A stretch of 64,000 nucleotides of DNA from Camelus ferus (Eukaryota): the NCBI RefSeq assembly GCF_009834535.1, contig NC_045696.1, positions 17,486,001 to 17,550,000 of the forward strand, written 5' to 3'. The position numbers and the translations under genes are program-made. Under the pieces are notes generated by a model, which saw only the letters and a program-made list of their open reading frames with translations, searched no databases and had not been told where the DNA came from. Of this stretch, positions 13,568 through 25,175 are shown piece by piece (position 1 is the stretch's first letter; every line of letters starts with the position of its first letter).

Positions 13568-14670
13568 TTTTTTTTTCTTCTTTTGTTTATTGATGTATAG
13601 TTGGTTTGCAATGTTGCATCAATTTCTAGCGTACAACATAATGTTTTAGTCATATATGTACATACATATATTCCCTTTCATAGTCTTGTTCATTATAGGT
13701 TACTATAAGATATTGAATACAGTTTCCTGTACTATACAATATAAACTTCTTGTTTATCTATTTTATATATAGTAGTTTGTATCTGCAAATCTTGAACTCC
13801 CAGTTTTTCCCCTCCCACCCCCTTTTACCCTCTGGTAACCATAAGTTAGTTTTCTAAGTCTGTGAGTTTGTTTCTGTTTTGTAAGTAAGTTCATTAGTGT
13901 CTTTTTTTTTTTTTTCTTAAAGATATAGTGTTTTTCTTTTTCTTTCTGGCTTACTTCACTTAGAATGATGATCTCTATAGCCATCCATGTTGCTGCAAAG
14001 GCATTGTTTTGTTCTTTTTTTATGGCTGAGTAGTAGTCCATGGTATAAATACACCACAATTTTTTTATCCAGGCATCTGTCAATGGACATTTAGGTTGCT
14101 TCCCATATTTTGGCTATTTTAAATAGTGCTGCTGTGAACATTGAAGTGAATGTATCTTTTTGAATTAGAGTTCCCTCCAGATATATGCTCAGGAGTGGGA
14201 TTGCTGGATCATATGGTAAGTCTATTTTTAGTTTTTTGAGGAATCTCCATACTGTTTTCCACAGTAGCTGTACCAAACTGCATTCCCACCAACAGTGTAG
14301 GAGGGTTCCCTTTTCTCCACAGCCTCTCCAACATTTATTGCTTGTGGATTTTTGCATGATGATCATTCTGACTAATGTGGGGTAGTACTTCATTGTAGTT
14401 TTCATTTGTATTTCCCTGATAATTAATTATATAAGCATTTTTTCATACACTTATTGGCCATTTGTATGTCTTCATTGGAGAAATGCTTGTTTAGGTCTTC
14501 TGCACATTTTGGATTGGGTTGTTTGGTTTTTCATTATTAAGTTGAATGAGCTATTTGTATATCCTGGAAATTAAGCTCTTGCCAGTCACATTGTTTGCAA
14601 ATATTTTCTCCCATTCCGTACATTGTCTTTTTGTGTTGTTTATAGTTTCCTTTGTTGTGAAAAAGCTTAT
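13568..14670 (-). mobile_element. 5'-truncated L1 (camelid/artiodactyl type): ORF2 C-terminus, 3'UTR and poly(A)
   Basis: Poly(T) followed by the antisense L1 3'UTR. ORF 14091..14405 translates to the L1 ORF2 C-terminal Cys/His region ([20 protein letters not shown]...[10 protein letters not shown]), and the following frame gives WIKKLWCIYTMDYYSAIKK. The reading frame is disrupted. Confidence 0.96.
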
Positions 14671-14680
14671 GCAAATTTGC

Positions 14681-14784
14681 TTTATTTTTATTTGTTTATT
14701 TTTTCAATGGAGGTACTGAGAAAGGAACCTGGGGCCTCATACATGCTAAGTATGCATTCTACCATGGAGTTATACCCACCCCCC
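14681..14784 (-). mobile_element. tRNA-Ala-derived camelid SINE (Vic-1 type)
   Basis: Reverse complement gggtgggtataactccatggtagaatgcatacttagcatgtatgaggccccaggttcctttctcagtacctcca plus an A-rich tail. It has a degenerate A box and B box. Confidence 0.85.
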
Positions 14785-14864
14785 ACCAAACTTCTGTTTT
14801 AAGAAGAGGAAAATAATTACCTATGTGTTTAAACCACTGTGTTCAGACTTTCTTTACTTCAGTA

Positions 14865-14867
<3 letters not shown>

Positions 14868-14900
<33 letters not shown>
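14868..14900. repeat. (TG)16 microsatellite
   Basis: Read directly. Confidence 0.97.
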
Positions 14901-14902
<2 letters not shown>

Positions 14903-17900
14903 TCAGGTTAGAGTCATTTGTGGTCATAATTTGTTTAAAAATTATTGACAAGTTTTTGGCAATACTAAAACTTAAAAAAACTTACAGTGTTTAAAAAAAA
15001 CTTACACTGTTGCCCTCTGGATTTTTCCTTTGAGAAAGAGTCATATAAATTATGGTATGAGTAGTCATACTCCTGTTAATTACTGAAATCCAATTCTAGA
15101 ATATTGAAACTAGAAGCACAGTGCAAAAAAGTATAACATTTCTAAAATATGTGAGTTCTATTAATAAACCTCATTGATTTTCCTTAAAAATGAAAAGATG
15201 TGATAGTAAATACAAAGTCTATGCAGTATTGATAATTTAAATCAGTAAGAGCTGTTGATTTGAGTATAACATTTACGTCACTTTAGTTTACCATGGCCAA
15301 CTCTTTAGAAAGACCAGGCTAAGTAATAGCTTTCTAGTACAGGGGAAAAGTTTTTATAGGAAAAATGTTGAAATAGTTTAATAATGAGCTATCACATTTT
15401 TCTGTACATGATATTACTGCATAAATATTTTAGGAGTTTCCTGAAAATTCTTAACCACCTAACATGAGTTATTCTGTACACAAAATGCTCAAAAGCCTAT
15501 TCTCATAGAATCATTTTCTTGTGTTTTGCAACTCAAAATTTAAACACAATTTAACCCTCTGTCTTTTACAGAGATTCTGTCTTTTCTATGGAACTTTCAT
15601 ATGGATTTTTTTGAATGTCCAGGGAACTTGGCTTGAGAAACATGAAACTATCAGGTTCACTGAAAAATTATGAGGTCTTCTGGATGTGTCTTAGGGTCCT
15701 CCAAGAACATATCCAGCTGCTCATTACTGTTAGTGTGAAACCTGGGAGAATATGAATTTTCTAGGGGATAGTCATCAAAAGTCTGTCTCCTTTCAACCCT
15801 CATGACACCTCTGGAGGCCCAAATGCCTTTCTCTAGCTCTTCAAACTTCCTCTATGGCTGTCTAAAGCCCCTTGCTCTTTGTTGTAGCTCTTTCTAGTTA
15901 TACTGCTTTAACTCCAAGAATAACTATTCTTTCTTCCTCCAGTCCACTGAGATCCTCAGTGTGACTGTTCTCTGTTTAGTGTTAATGATAAAAGCCATCT
16001 GCTTAGTTTATTAAAGCAATTTATTCTGAGATTTGATTTACTAATAATCGTAGCTAGATAACTGCAATTTACATATACCATTGTATCTAATGTAATTAAT
16101 TAATTTTATTGTTTATCATCTATTTTCCCCACTGAATTGAAGCTTGGTGGGAACAGGCATCTTTGTTATTATGATTCCTCTGTAGTATGTGGTTCAGACT
16201 CAGCGGTATTCACTCATGTTTCTTAAAGAGTAGTAAACATAGAAGTTCAAAGAAGAGGCAGACCGTTTATGGTTAATTTAACCCTAAAATTTTTTGTGCA
16301 ACCATGATCACGTGGTTTAGTGAGAACAATAAGAAAGTCCATTAGGCTGTATTTTGAAGGATGAAGAGGATTTGTAAGAATCAAGTAGCTAGGTGCTAAA
16401 ATAGTTTGTAGTTTCTATACATCTCTGCCTCACAGTCTATACCCACAACATTACACATGCAGTTAGGTGTCTGATATCAGAGTAGTGCACAGAATTCTAT
16501 GGGTGCTTATCTCATCTGAAGGAAGAAACAGGAAATGGGATACGGACAGAATTTGGAACAGGCAGGTAGCTGGTGTGATTGGTACAGTGTAGTGCTGGCT
16601 GAGGGTAGGCAAAGATGAAGAGCTTATGCTGGGAAGCTCAAAGAAGTCAGTTCAGTAAGTCTGTCCTCCCCATTTGTGGTCAATGTCAAGGTCCAATTAC
16701 TTGTATACAATAGGAATGAATGTTGATAAATTATATAGTAACAACTATACACTTACACTCATTAAATCATTTTTGTTTTTTATAACAGTTTATTTTTCAA
16801 CATTCTCAAGTAAGTTCAGTTTGCTGGACAGTATCTCAAAGGAGGAATGTTACAACTTTAAGGCTGCACTACTTACTATTCTCCTGTAGTCACTATTTTA
16901 ATAGAGTAATTTATTGGTTCCATTTTCTCATACTTAGTGTCTGTCTAATTTATCAGCTAAAAGCAATAGCCGTGCCAAATTAAAGGAATAGAATATTGGG
17001 CAAGTTACATAGACAGTTTTCCATTATCACATAGAATGAAGTCTCAACACTACAATCCAATTAATCAGAATATGAATAAGTACTTTACTGAAACCATTTC
17101 TTGAACAAATTTTTCTCTTAAGTATTTCAGTACAATATACTTTTTTTCCCTTAGTTCAGAGTGAAATTATTTCTTAGACTCTGAGATGTCACAGTCATTC
17201 AAAACCACTTCCACATAGATAAAAGTCACTTAATAAAAGCATTGAGTATCTACCTACATTTTAAAATCCTTTTTAAAAAATTGCAAGAGACTGACAAATA
17301 TAAAGCATGAGAATATTTTTTTAATTTTACATTAGCACAATATGACATGATTGTTTACAGAATGGTTATGTTTGGAAGATTTTATTTTATTCTTTTTACT
17401 TTCCTCTTGTCCATTTATATCTGTAACACTGATTTCATTGTTTGAGTTCGGTTCTAGATTGTTCAAAACAAATCTTTGGTTAAAAATATATAAAATAGAT
17501 AACTTAAACACCTAAGGAATTTTATTAAGAAAAACAACATCAAACCAGCATAATTGTGAAAAAATAATTTAACCATAAAACTTTTCAGAAAATTTCTTGT
17601 AAAAGAAGAAAGTGAACAGAGCACTTCTCACAAGATCTATAACCTCAAGGCAGAAAGTAAAATGCTTTCTTTCATCTTTATGTTTCCAAGAAATGAGGGA
17701 TGAAAATAAAACACCTTTTCCTTATTTATTTTCTGTTTACTGTAAAGGGTTTTTTCTTTAGAATTTAATGGAAATATGACTTTGAATATAGAATATTCGC
17801 TTCTAGTAAGATGTATATCAGAAACATTAAAAAATGTAGCAAAAATGCACCTGTTTATATGATAATCTCCAATTAAATGAAATTACCTTTAATAGTAGCA

Positions 17901-17993
17901 TACAGGTTACTTGACCTAGATTTAACAGGGATTAAGTATGATTTGTCAAAAGAAAATACCAAGGTAAGTACAGGAAATTGAAAGTCAATAGGA

Positions 17994-18751
17994 TTTGCCA
18001 TCTGGAGAGGCTGTGGAGAAAAGGGAACCCTCCTACACTGCTGGTGGGAATGGAGTTTGGTGCAGCCACTGTGGAAAACAGTATGGAGATTCCTCAAAAG
18101 ACTAGAAATAGACTTACCACATGACCCAGGAATCCCGCTCCTGGGCATATATCCATAAGGAACCCTACTCCAAAATGACACCTGCACCCCAATGTTCATA
18201 ACAGCACTATTTACAATAGCCAAGACATGGAAACAGCCTAAATGTCTATCAACAGATGACTGCATAAAGAAGATGTGGTATATTTATACAACAGAATACT
18301 GTTCATCCATAAAAACCAACAACAAAACGCCATTTGCAGCAACATGGATGTTCTGGAGAATGTCAATCTAAGTGAAGTAAGCCAGAAAGAGGAAGAAAAA
18401 TACCATATGAGATCGCTCATATGTGGAATCTAAAAAAAACATAACATAAATACAAAACAGAAACAGACTTATAGACATAGAATACAAACTTGTGATTGCC
18501 AAGGGGGCGGGGGATGAGAAGGGACAGACTGGGATTTCAAAATGTAAAATAGATAAACAAGATTATACTATGTAGCACAGGGAAATATATACAAGATCTT
18601 ATGGTAGCTCACAGCAAAAAAAAAAATGTGACAATGAATATATATATGTTTATGTATAACTGAAAAATTGTGCTCTACACTGGAATTTGACACAACATTG
18701 AAAAATGTTTATAAATCAATAAAAAAAAGTTTAAAAAAAAACAAAAAAAGG
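17994..18751 (+). mobile_element. 5'-truncated L1 with TSD (3'UTR subfamily differs from the 13.6-kb and 33-kb copies)
   Basis: Begins ctggagaggctgtggagaaaagggaaccc (ORF2 C-terminus) and ends aataaa plus an A-tail. Flanked by direct repeat aagtcaatagga at 17982-17993 and 18752-18763. Confidence 0.96.
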
Positions 18752-18802
18752 AAGTCAATAGGAAAATCTTCACAACCATCATGTTGCTCTTCTTCAATAT
18801 GG

Positions 18803-19115
18803 AGAGCTGTGCACTACTACAAAATGATGTGAGACTTAACTGTGGGTCACTTATGTCTTTTGTGATTTTCTGATAAAAAGCTTAGAAGAAACAGAGGAAA
18901 TTAATTTTAATAATAAACATACCAAAAATATAGTGACTTCTAAATGTAATCAATATAAAAAACATTGAGACACTTCACAGTCTTTTTTTTTAATACAAAG
19001 TCTTTGAAATCTGGTGTGTATTTTATACTTATAGTACCTCTCAATTTGGACTAAACCACATTTCAAATCCTTATTAGTCACATGTGGCTAGTGGAGACAG
19101 TTTTGGATAGTAGAC
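18803..19115. mobile_element. MER33-like hAT-Charlie element
   Basis: gaaattaattttaataata...aaatgtaatcaatataaaa...gtctttgaaatctggtgtgtattttatacttatagtacctctcaatttggact...ccacatttcaa...agtcacatgtggctagtgg resembles the MER33 consensus. Confidence 0.75.
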
Positions 19116-19444
19116 TTTCGGTGTATTTCAGTAGACAAACCTAGGTTTCAAAATGTTCCATCTTCACAAAATACTCTTACAGTCACCTCAATTCTGTTAT
19201 TTCCTATGTCCTTTACGTCTTCTAAGCAAAGCAGTATAAAACTTTTCTAGTGGTAATGCCACAGATCTTTGTTGAATAAGCTATAGGAAATAATCTGATT
19301 TTAATTAAACAATCAACTTTAAAGAATCAATTCATTTTAGAGTATTACAGGTAGAAGCTATAATCAGAAACTATAATATATAATATATATTATATATTTA
19401 TTATAAATATTATTATATATTTATAAGGCTACATAATATTATAT

Positions 19445-19574
19445 AAACAGTACCCCTGTTTATATAATTAAACTTGGTCTTTAGTTTGATTATATATATA
19501 AATATATATTATCATTATATTATATATAATCATATTACAGACTAAGTTTAATCACATGTATGGAGGCACTGTTT
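19445..19574. repeat. Imperfect palindrome: 54-bp ungapped arms with a 22-nt AT loop
   Basis: Arm 19445-19498 vs the reverse complement of 19521-19574: 42/54 identical with no gaps (counted by hand). Confidence 0.85.
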
Positions 19575-22500
19575 TGCTTGAACAAAAAAGGGTAATATAT
19601 TTAATATATTCAACATTCTAAAATAATTATTTTTTCTAAAATTAATTCTAAATAGATAACTCAAATAATTCTAAATAAATTCTAAAATAATCTCTGATTA
19701 GAAAGTATTTCAAAGTATTTTATAAAATAGATTCATGAAGTACAATATTCTACACTATACAGATTTGTTTAAGGAATTCAATTTAATTTTTCCTTTTGTT
19801 ATTCTTGTTTTCCAGTATTTCCATTTGTGACATTTACTTAGCATGTATTGTTACTATTATTTTTTTTCTGCAAAATAAAAATCTGCTGAAGAGGCTGTAA
19901 AGTTGTTTTCTGTAGGGTGCAGAATCCAAAACAGCTAAAATATTCAATGCTATATAAATGTTAATGGCAATAATATAAGGTCTAAAATCTAGATGCAATT
20001 TTAATAACATCTATACCTTATTTAATTCAAGACAGATGCTTAAAATCAGCAGGAAGGATAAATTTCCATTTGGCAAAATTCCTTCTTAGATTTCTTAGTT
20101 TTATCCTCTACTTTGTTAGAAACCTAAACTTTATTTTTAAGAGTATAACACCATGTCAAAGCCTTGGCTTGTAACACACAGTGTGAGAGTGAAGGAGATC
20201 AACTGGGGAAAGGCTGATTGTCAGAGAGAGCAGACTGATTAGAAGCTACAGGGCTTAAGGAAAAAACCAAGGCTTAAATCCAGGGATTTCAGGCAGGCTA
20301 ACAACCTGGCCTCTTTTTCAGAAAGACCAGCCAAAGTTGCTGACCTGGAATCAGTGGGTATGTAACATCATTCCAACACAATCAGAGATATCAACATACA
20401 ATTTAAAAGTTACGCAGATAATCCATACAGGGAATATGCTATGCCAGGATAGTTGAGGGTTTGCAATATATGCACATAGCACTTCATGCTACTTATGCTT
20501 ATGTACAGAGATTGCTTACATTGCTCCAAATGACTGAGACTAATGCTGTTAACTGCAAGGATTAATTGTTCTTTTTTTAAACATTGTGCATATGTAAAAA
20601 AAAGAATGAAGTAATATTTATATCCACTTACTTTCTTTGGGAAATTTAAGGTGGAAAACAATAAAATTTAAACCATATACATTTAAATATTGCAGATATT
20701 AGAGTAAATAAAATTATTCACAAGACAGAGGTGAGTGAGGTCCCAGTTAAAGTATGCTCTTAATATTTTAGTTAAGAAATAACTATATATCTCTAGTCAT
20801 AGATAAAACTATTAGAGGCATATCTACAGAATAACTTGCAAAATTGTAGTCTAGTAAATATATAGTTAAAACCTAAGAAAAATAAACGTAAAAACACATT
20901 TTATGTGAATAATCTGAATATTTCAGGCAAAAAATTATTTTTCTTCCTATTAAATTTGGTCTATTCTAAAATTTCAATGGTTAGTTTCAAGAAGTTATAT
21001 GTGTTCCTCCCTTTCTGCCAAGAAAAAAGCTACATCTTTTGTTACATTCTGATCCATTAAGAAGAATAACATTTTTGCCAAAATTTGCATTTTTCTGTTC
21101 TTAGATTCAAATTTTTCTCATAAAAATTTTCACATCAAGGCAGTTTGTGGAGTAAAAGAGCAAAAATCATGTGGACTTTACTAAGAAAGTTTCTATAACC
21201 TGGGCTAAAACATATTAACACGGAAGAGAATAGGTATTATTGAGGACATTCAAAAATATTTGGGAAAAGGCATGAACTGTTAACTCTGTCATTGAATTTT
21301 CACAAAGCTTCTGTAAAAATAGAAGTCAGTCTGTTTCTGAGTTGTGAATACAAAGATTTTAGTGTAATAACCCTGAAGATTCTTATTAACACTTTGTAAA
21401 AATACGGGTCAAAACTTCAGCAAAATAAAAATAGCTCTTTAGATAGGGACAACATTAGAGAAGGAATACAAAGACTGAAGAGAATAAAAGCCATCAATCT
21501 TTAATATGAATTGCCTTCCTGAACAAAATACTAAATACCTTTGGGTATATATTATATTAAAATATTCACAATTCACTGGCATATTGCTAAAATCAATCAT
21601 TTAGATTGACCAAGTTAGGGACTGAAAGTAAACTGCCCTTGAAAAGTGAAAAGCTGATTTTTAAATATGCCATGAGATGAAATGTCATCAAATTATCAAA
21701 GTATAAAATAGCTTCAGCACACAGAGAAGTTTTCCTTTGATGTGCAGGAGCAACAGTTCTCATAAAGAGTCTAGCTTTCCTGCACTTTTTCAGAGAGGCA
21801 TCTATTATAGAAAGTATGACACAAATATAATTACCAAATAAAGTTATTTTATATCCCAAACTGTAGATTCTAAGCATACATTCACAAAATCTGTTGTTGA
21901 TTAAAATAATTAGTACTTGAATTTATCACTCAGATAATTGTTAACTTTTCAAAATTTCAGAGGAAAATATACTTAGGAACACTTCTTTGATTAAAAGCCC
22001 TTTTCTGTTTCCATTATGTCTCAGAAACCCTTAAGCATCATTTAAGCTACACAACTTCCTAATGACTTCTTCTTTTCATCACTGTACTGATAGTTACTGA
22101 TTATACCCCTGTTTTTAATTTGAATGTGTTCTTCCCTTTATGACCTTTAATTATATGAGTATAAATCGTGTGCCTAATCTGATCACAGGTTTTCTCTGAG
22201 CAGGAAGCAGATCATAGGTATGATTTTCTGCCCTAACAGAAACTAGTTTATTTCTAAATGCAGTTTATCGTCCACTAAATACATTGATGACTTGCTATTT
22301 TTAAAATAAATACCATTTCTAAAGAACCTGACATGTAGTAGAAACCTGACAAAACTTCATACTGTCCTTTATCACTTATTTGCTCTACGTTCTGCTGAAT
22401 ATGCAAAGCACTTTTATTACTCCAAATAACCATTTTTTTAATTTTTAGGAGAAAACACCCATTGTTCATGTCACATTTAAGGAATATCATTTAATCCTTA

Positions 22501-24012
22501 AACTAACCTTGATATATTATTTGTTCCATCTACACGGTATTGAGGATTGATAATACCAAAAAAACGCTTTGGTCCAATCTTGAATTTGGACGTGCTTCTG
22601 TCTGGCAATTTTTTTATCAATTGCAACATTATGCCTGTCTATAAAACCCAAGTACAAAAGATCTAGTTTAAAAAAGGAATATGCAAAGTCAAATGAACTA
22701 AGTCTACATTTTTTTTTCTCCAGTGGCTATGGTATTAATTGAATACAAAAAATACTATGTAATAAAATAAGTATGTTATATCTGCTTTTTAAATTTAATT
22801 TTAACCTATGGAGGGACACAGTACCTCTATTTTACTTAATATTTTTATTCTGGATGCATGGCACACATCACAAAATAAATGTATGCTCCAGATCTTTGTA
22901 GATTCCAAATATTTCAGGATAAATAGTACTGAAAGATTCTCCTAGTTAAATCCCAAATATGCATGATCATCAAAGTCAGAATGAGCGATCAGAGGTTCAA
23001 GGCGAATTCAGATCAGACTATCTGGTTGATAAAGTTTTAGATTTTAGTTTTCCATTCTAGAAGAGGGGCACTTACCAGACACACTCACCTGTATTCTGTC
23101 CTAGCCAAGCTAATTTTTCATTTAATATTAAGAAAAAAAAAATCAGTCTATTTCATGTACTCCATTCAAGCTTTCCAGTCATCTCCAAACAATTGGGAAG
23201 AGACAGGTCCTTTTCTTTCATACATGCACTCTATTGTACAGCATCTGAAAGGTGGACTACCTTGAGATTTGGTTAATTCAGCTGGATTCTGGTTTAGTGC
23301 ACTGCAGGGGGCATGTACATCCCTAGTTTCAGAAGGGATGATGCTAACATCACTGGGAATCTTAGAATGCATGTGAAAGTTTCTTTAGAGAAATAATTCT
23401 TTCCTATAGCTAACTAAAAGTATCTTCATCTGTTTTAAAGAAAGATTCTTTATTTTCAAGAAAATTGTGGGAAAGAGAACAGTCCCCTATCTTTGCACAT
23501 TTGAGAGCATGTGTTTACAAAATTCTGTTTAATAGCAATTTATGCCACTTTTCACTTATCTTTAAATGTTTACTTCAGTTTTCATACACTAATTCCAAGA
23601 TATTCATTTGCATACATATCTTTCCAAGATACTTATTTCCAAAATATTGTGGCAAGCAAAAGATTACTTCCCATGATTTTTTTAAAATTGCAGCTTTTAA
23701 TAATAGGTAGAATACATTATGAATCTTAAATTACTACTCTGAACATTTATAAATTATCTTGACAGAAATAACTTTGGAAATACATTGTTTTAAAAACTAA
23801 AACCAAATGGCCAAAAATGCATTTCAAAAGTATCTGGATTCATTGCAAAATTTCCTCTACTTATCTAAGATTTTCGTCTATAACTTTCACTAAAATTCAT
23901 CTTGAAATGAAAATCTTTAAAATCCTGAGTTTTAAGGCCCTAAAAACTGAACAACTATAAATTCAAGTTTTAATAACTAACAAGGACCAAAGTTTAAAAA
24001 TAAGAAATATGA

Positions 24013-24086
24013 CACCTGTAATTTACATAATATTGTACAGCAACTATACTTCAATTAAAAAAAAGAACTTTCACCTTTTCATTTAA
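24013..24086 (+). mobile_element. Extremely 5'-truncated L1 micro-insertion with 17-bp TSD
   Basis: L1 terminus (...tattgtacagcaactatacttcaattaaaaaaaa). Perfect direct repeat aaaaataagaaatatga at 23996-24012 and 24087-24103. The left site is ttt|aaaaa, matching the L1 endonuclease consensus. Confidence 0.85.
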
Positions 24087-25069
24087 AAAAATAAGAAATA
24101 TGAAATGAACACATTCTGCTCCTCTTGAATCGAGACTTTCTGACTGTGCTTAATTCTCAGCAGCAAAAGTTAAGGAAAAAAAAGAGAACAAATTTTAAAA
24201 GGCCAATAAGCTTACATTTAAAAATATACTGAATGAAATAGTACTTAATTACTAAGTTAGAATTTTGAGGAAGCTCTCATGTGACCCATTTTGTGAAAAA
24301 TTGTAAGGGTTAAAAAGTCCAATACTTTTCTTATGACATCCATTTGAGTTTAGTAAAGCTAAATAAAATTCATGCAGAATAAATTAATGTTCCTAATTGC
24401 TCTCCTCAAGACTATTTATAATAATTTCCCCCAGTATCTGGAGAAAGAAGATGTGTATTACACCAATGAAATTGCAGAATGGTGCTAACAATCTGCTTAA
24501 TGACAAAAACAAGTTACCATAATCTGTTAACAAGTTCCACAACCTGTTTCCATAATCCCTTTCCTACTGATTAAGAGCTCTAAGTGTTGAGTATATCCCA
24601 CAAAAACCACAGAAAAGGATTTTTTTTTTCTCCATAAAGCCCTAGAATTTATGAATGTGTTTTATCTGAGTCAACTGAATAGGCCATCACATACAGTGAA
24701 TCAAGACCCATTTGTATTACACAAATCTTGAAGCTGCCTGGAATAACTTTCTATCATAGAATCATAAAATTTCTTGCATTATTTTACCTTGCCAGTTTTT
24801 GAGACAGGGACATAGTCTGTGAGGAATTTTTGCACTTTCCAGATTGCAATATATATTCTGTTGAATACTGTCATTGATGTATGACCAATGAGGTTTGTGT
24901 TCATTAGTTCAATTTATGAATAAGTTGAGGAAAGCTTGAAGAAAAATATATTATTTGTATATAATATATAATTATATATATACATATATAATATATGAAA
25001 TATGTTGTATATCCTTTTTACCAAAAAAAAAAAAAAAAAGATGCAGTTCATTTTGAAGTGTACCATGTG

Positions 25070-25175
25070 TAAACTCTGTGAGGGAATTTGTTGTCCTTGT
25101 TTCTCACCGTATCCCTGAACCTAGAACAGTGCTTGGAACATAGTAAGTATCTAACAAATGATTAATGAATAAAAT
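25070..25175 (+). mobile_element. L2 3'-end fragment
   Basis: ctgtgaggg...tgtccttgtttctcaccgtatccctgaacctagaacagtgcttggaacatagtaagtatctaacaaatgattaatgaat is the canonical L2 3' end. Confidence 0.75.

Larger units (their letters stand above)
13330..14865 (+). mobile_element. MLT1 (ERVL-MaLR) LTR, split by the L1+SINE insertion at 13543-14785
   Basis: Left part ends ...ctctggacttctcaactccaagcttct. Right part resumes ccaaacttctgttttaagaagaggaaaataattacctatgtgtttaaaccactg, which is the MLT1 3' end motif. Confidence 0.55.

Noticed and set aside
14091..14405. ORF with a Cys/His-rich motif as a possible gene
   Set aside because: It is the C-terminus of L1 ORF2 in a truncated, frameshifted copy. 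The ORFs at 13763, 17873, 33014, 37268 and 37428 are also L1-derived.
14705..14784. tRNA-Ala-like sequence as a tRNA gene
   Set aside because: The A and B boxes are degenerate, and the A-rich tail and TSD-like flanks indicate a SINE.
17929..17963. Possible 35-nt micro-exon (aacag|...aag|gtaagt)
   Set aside because: The donor is strong, but there is no polypyrimidine tract, the length is not a multiple of 3, and there are no supporting neighbouring exons.
17994..18001. 8 extra nucleotides (tttgccat) at the L1 5' junction
   Set aside because: Short extra bases are common at L1 5' junctions, and the sequence is too short to assign a source.
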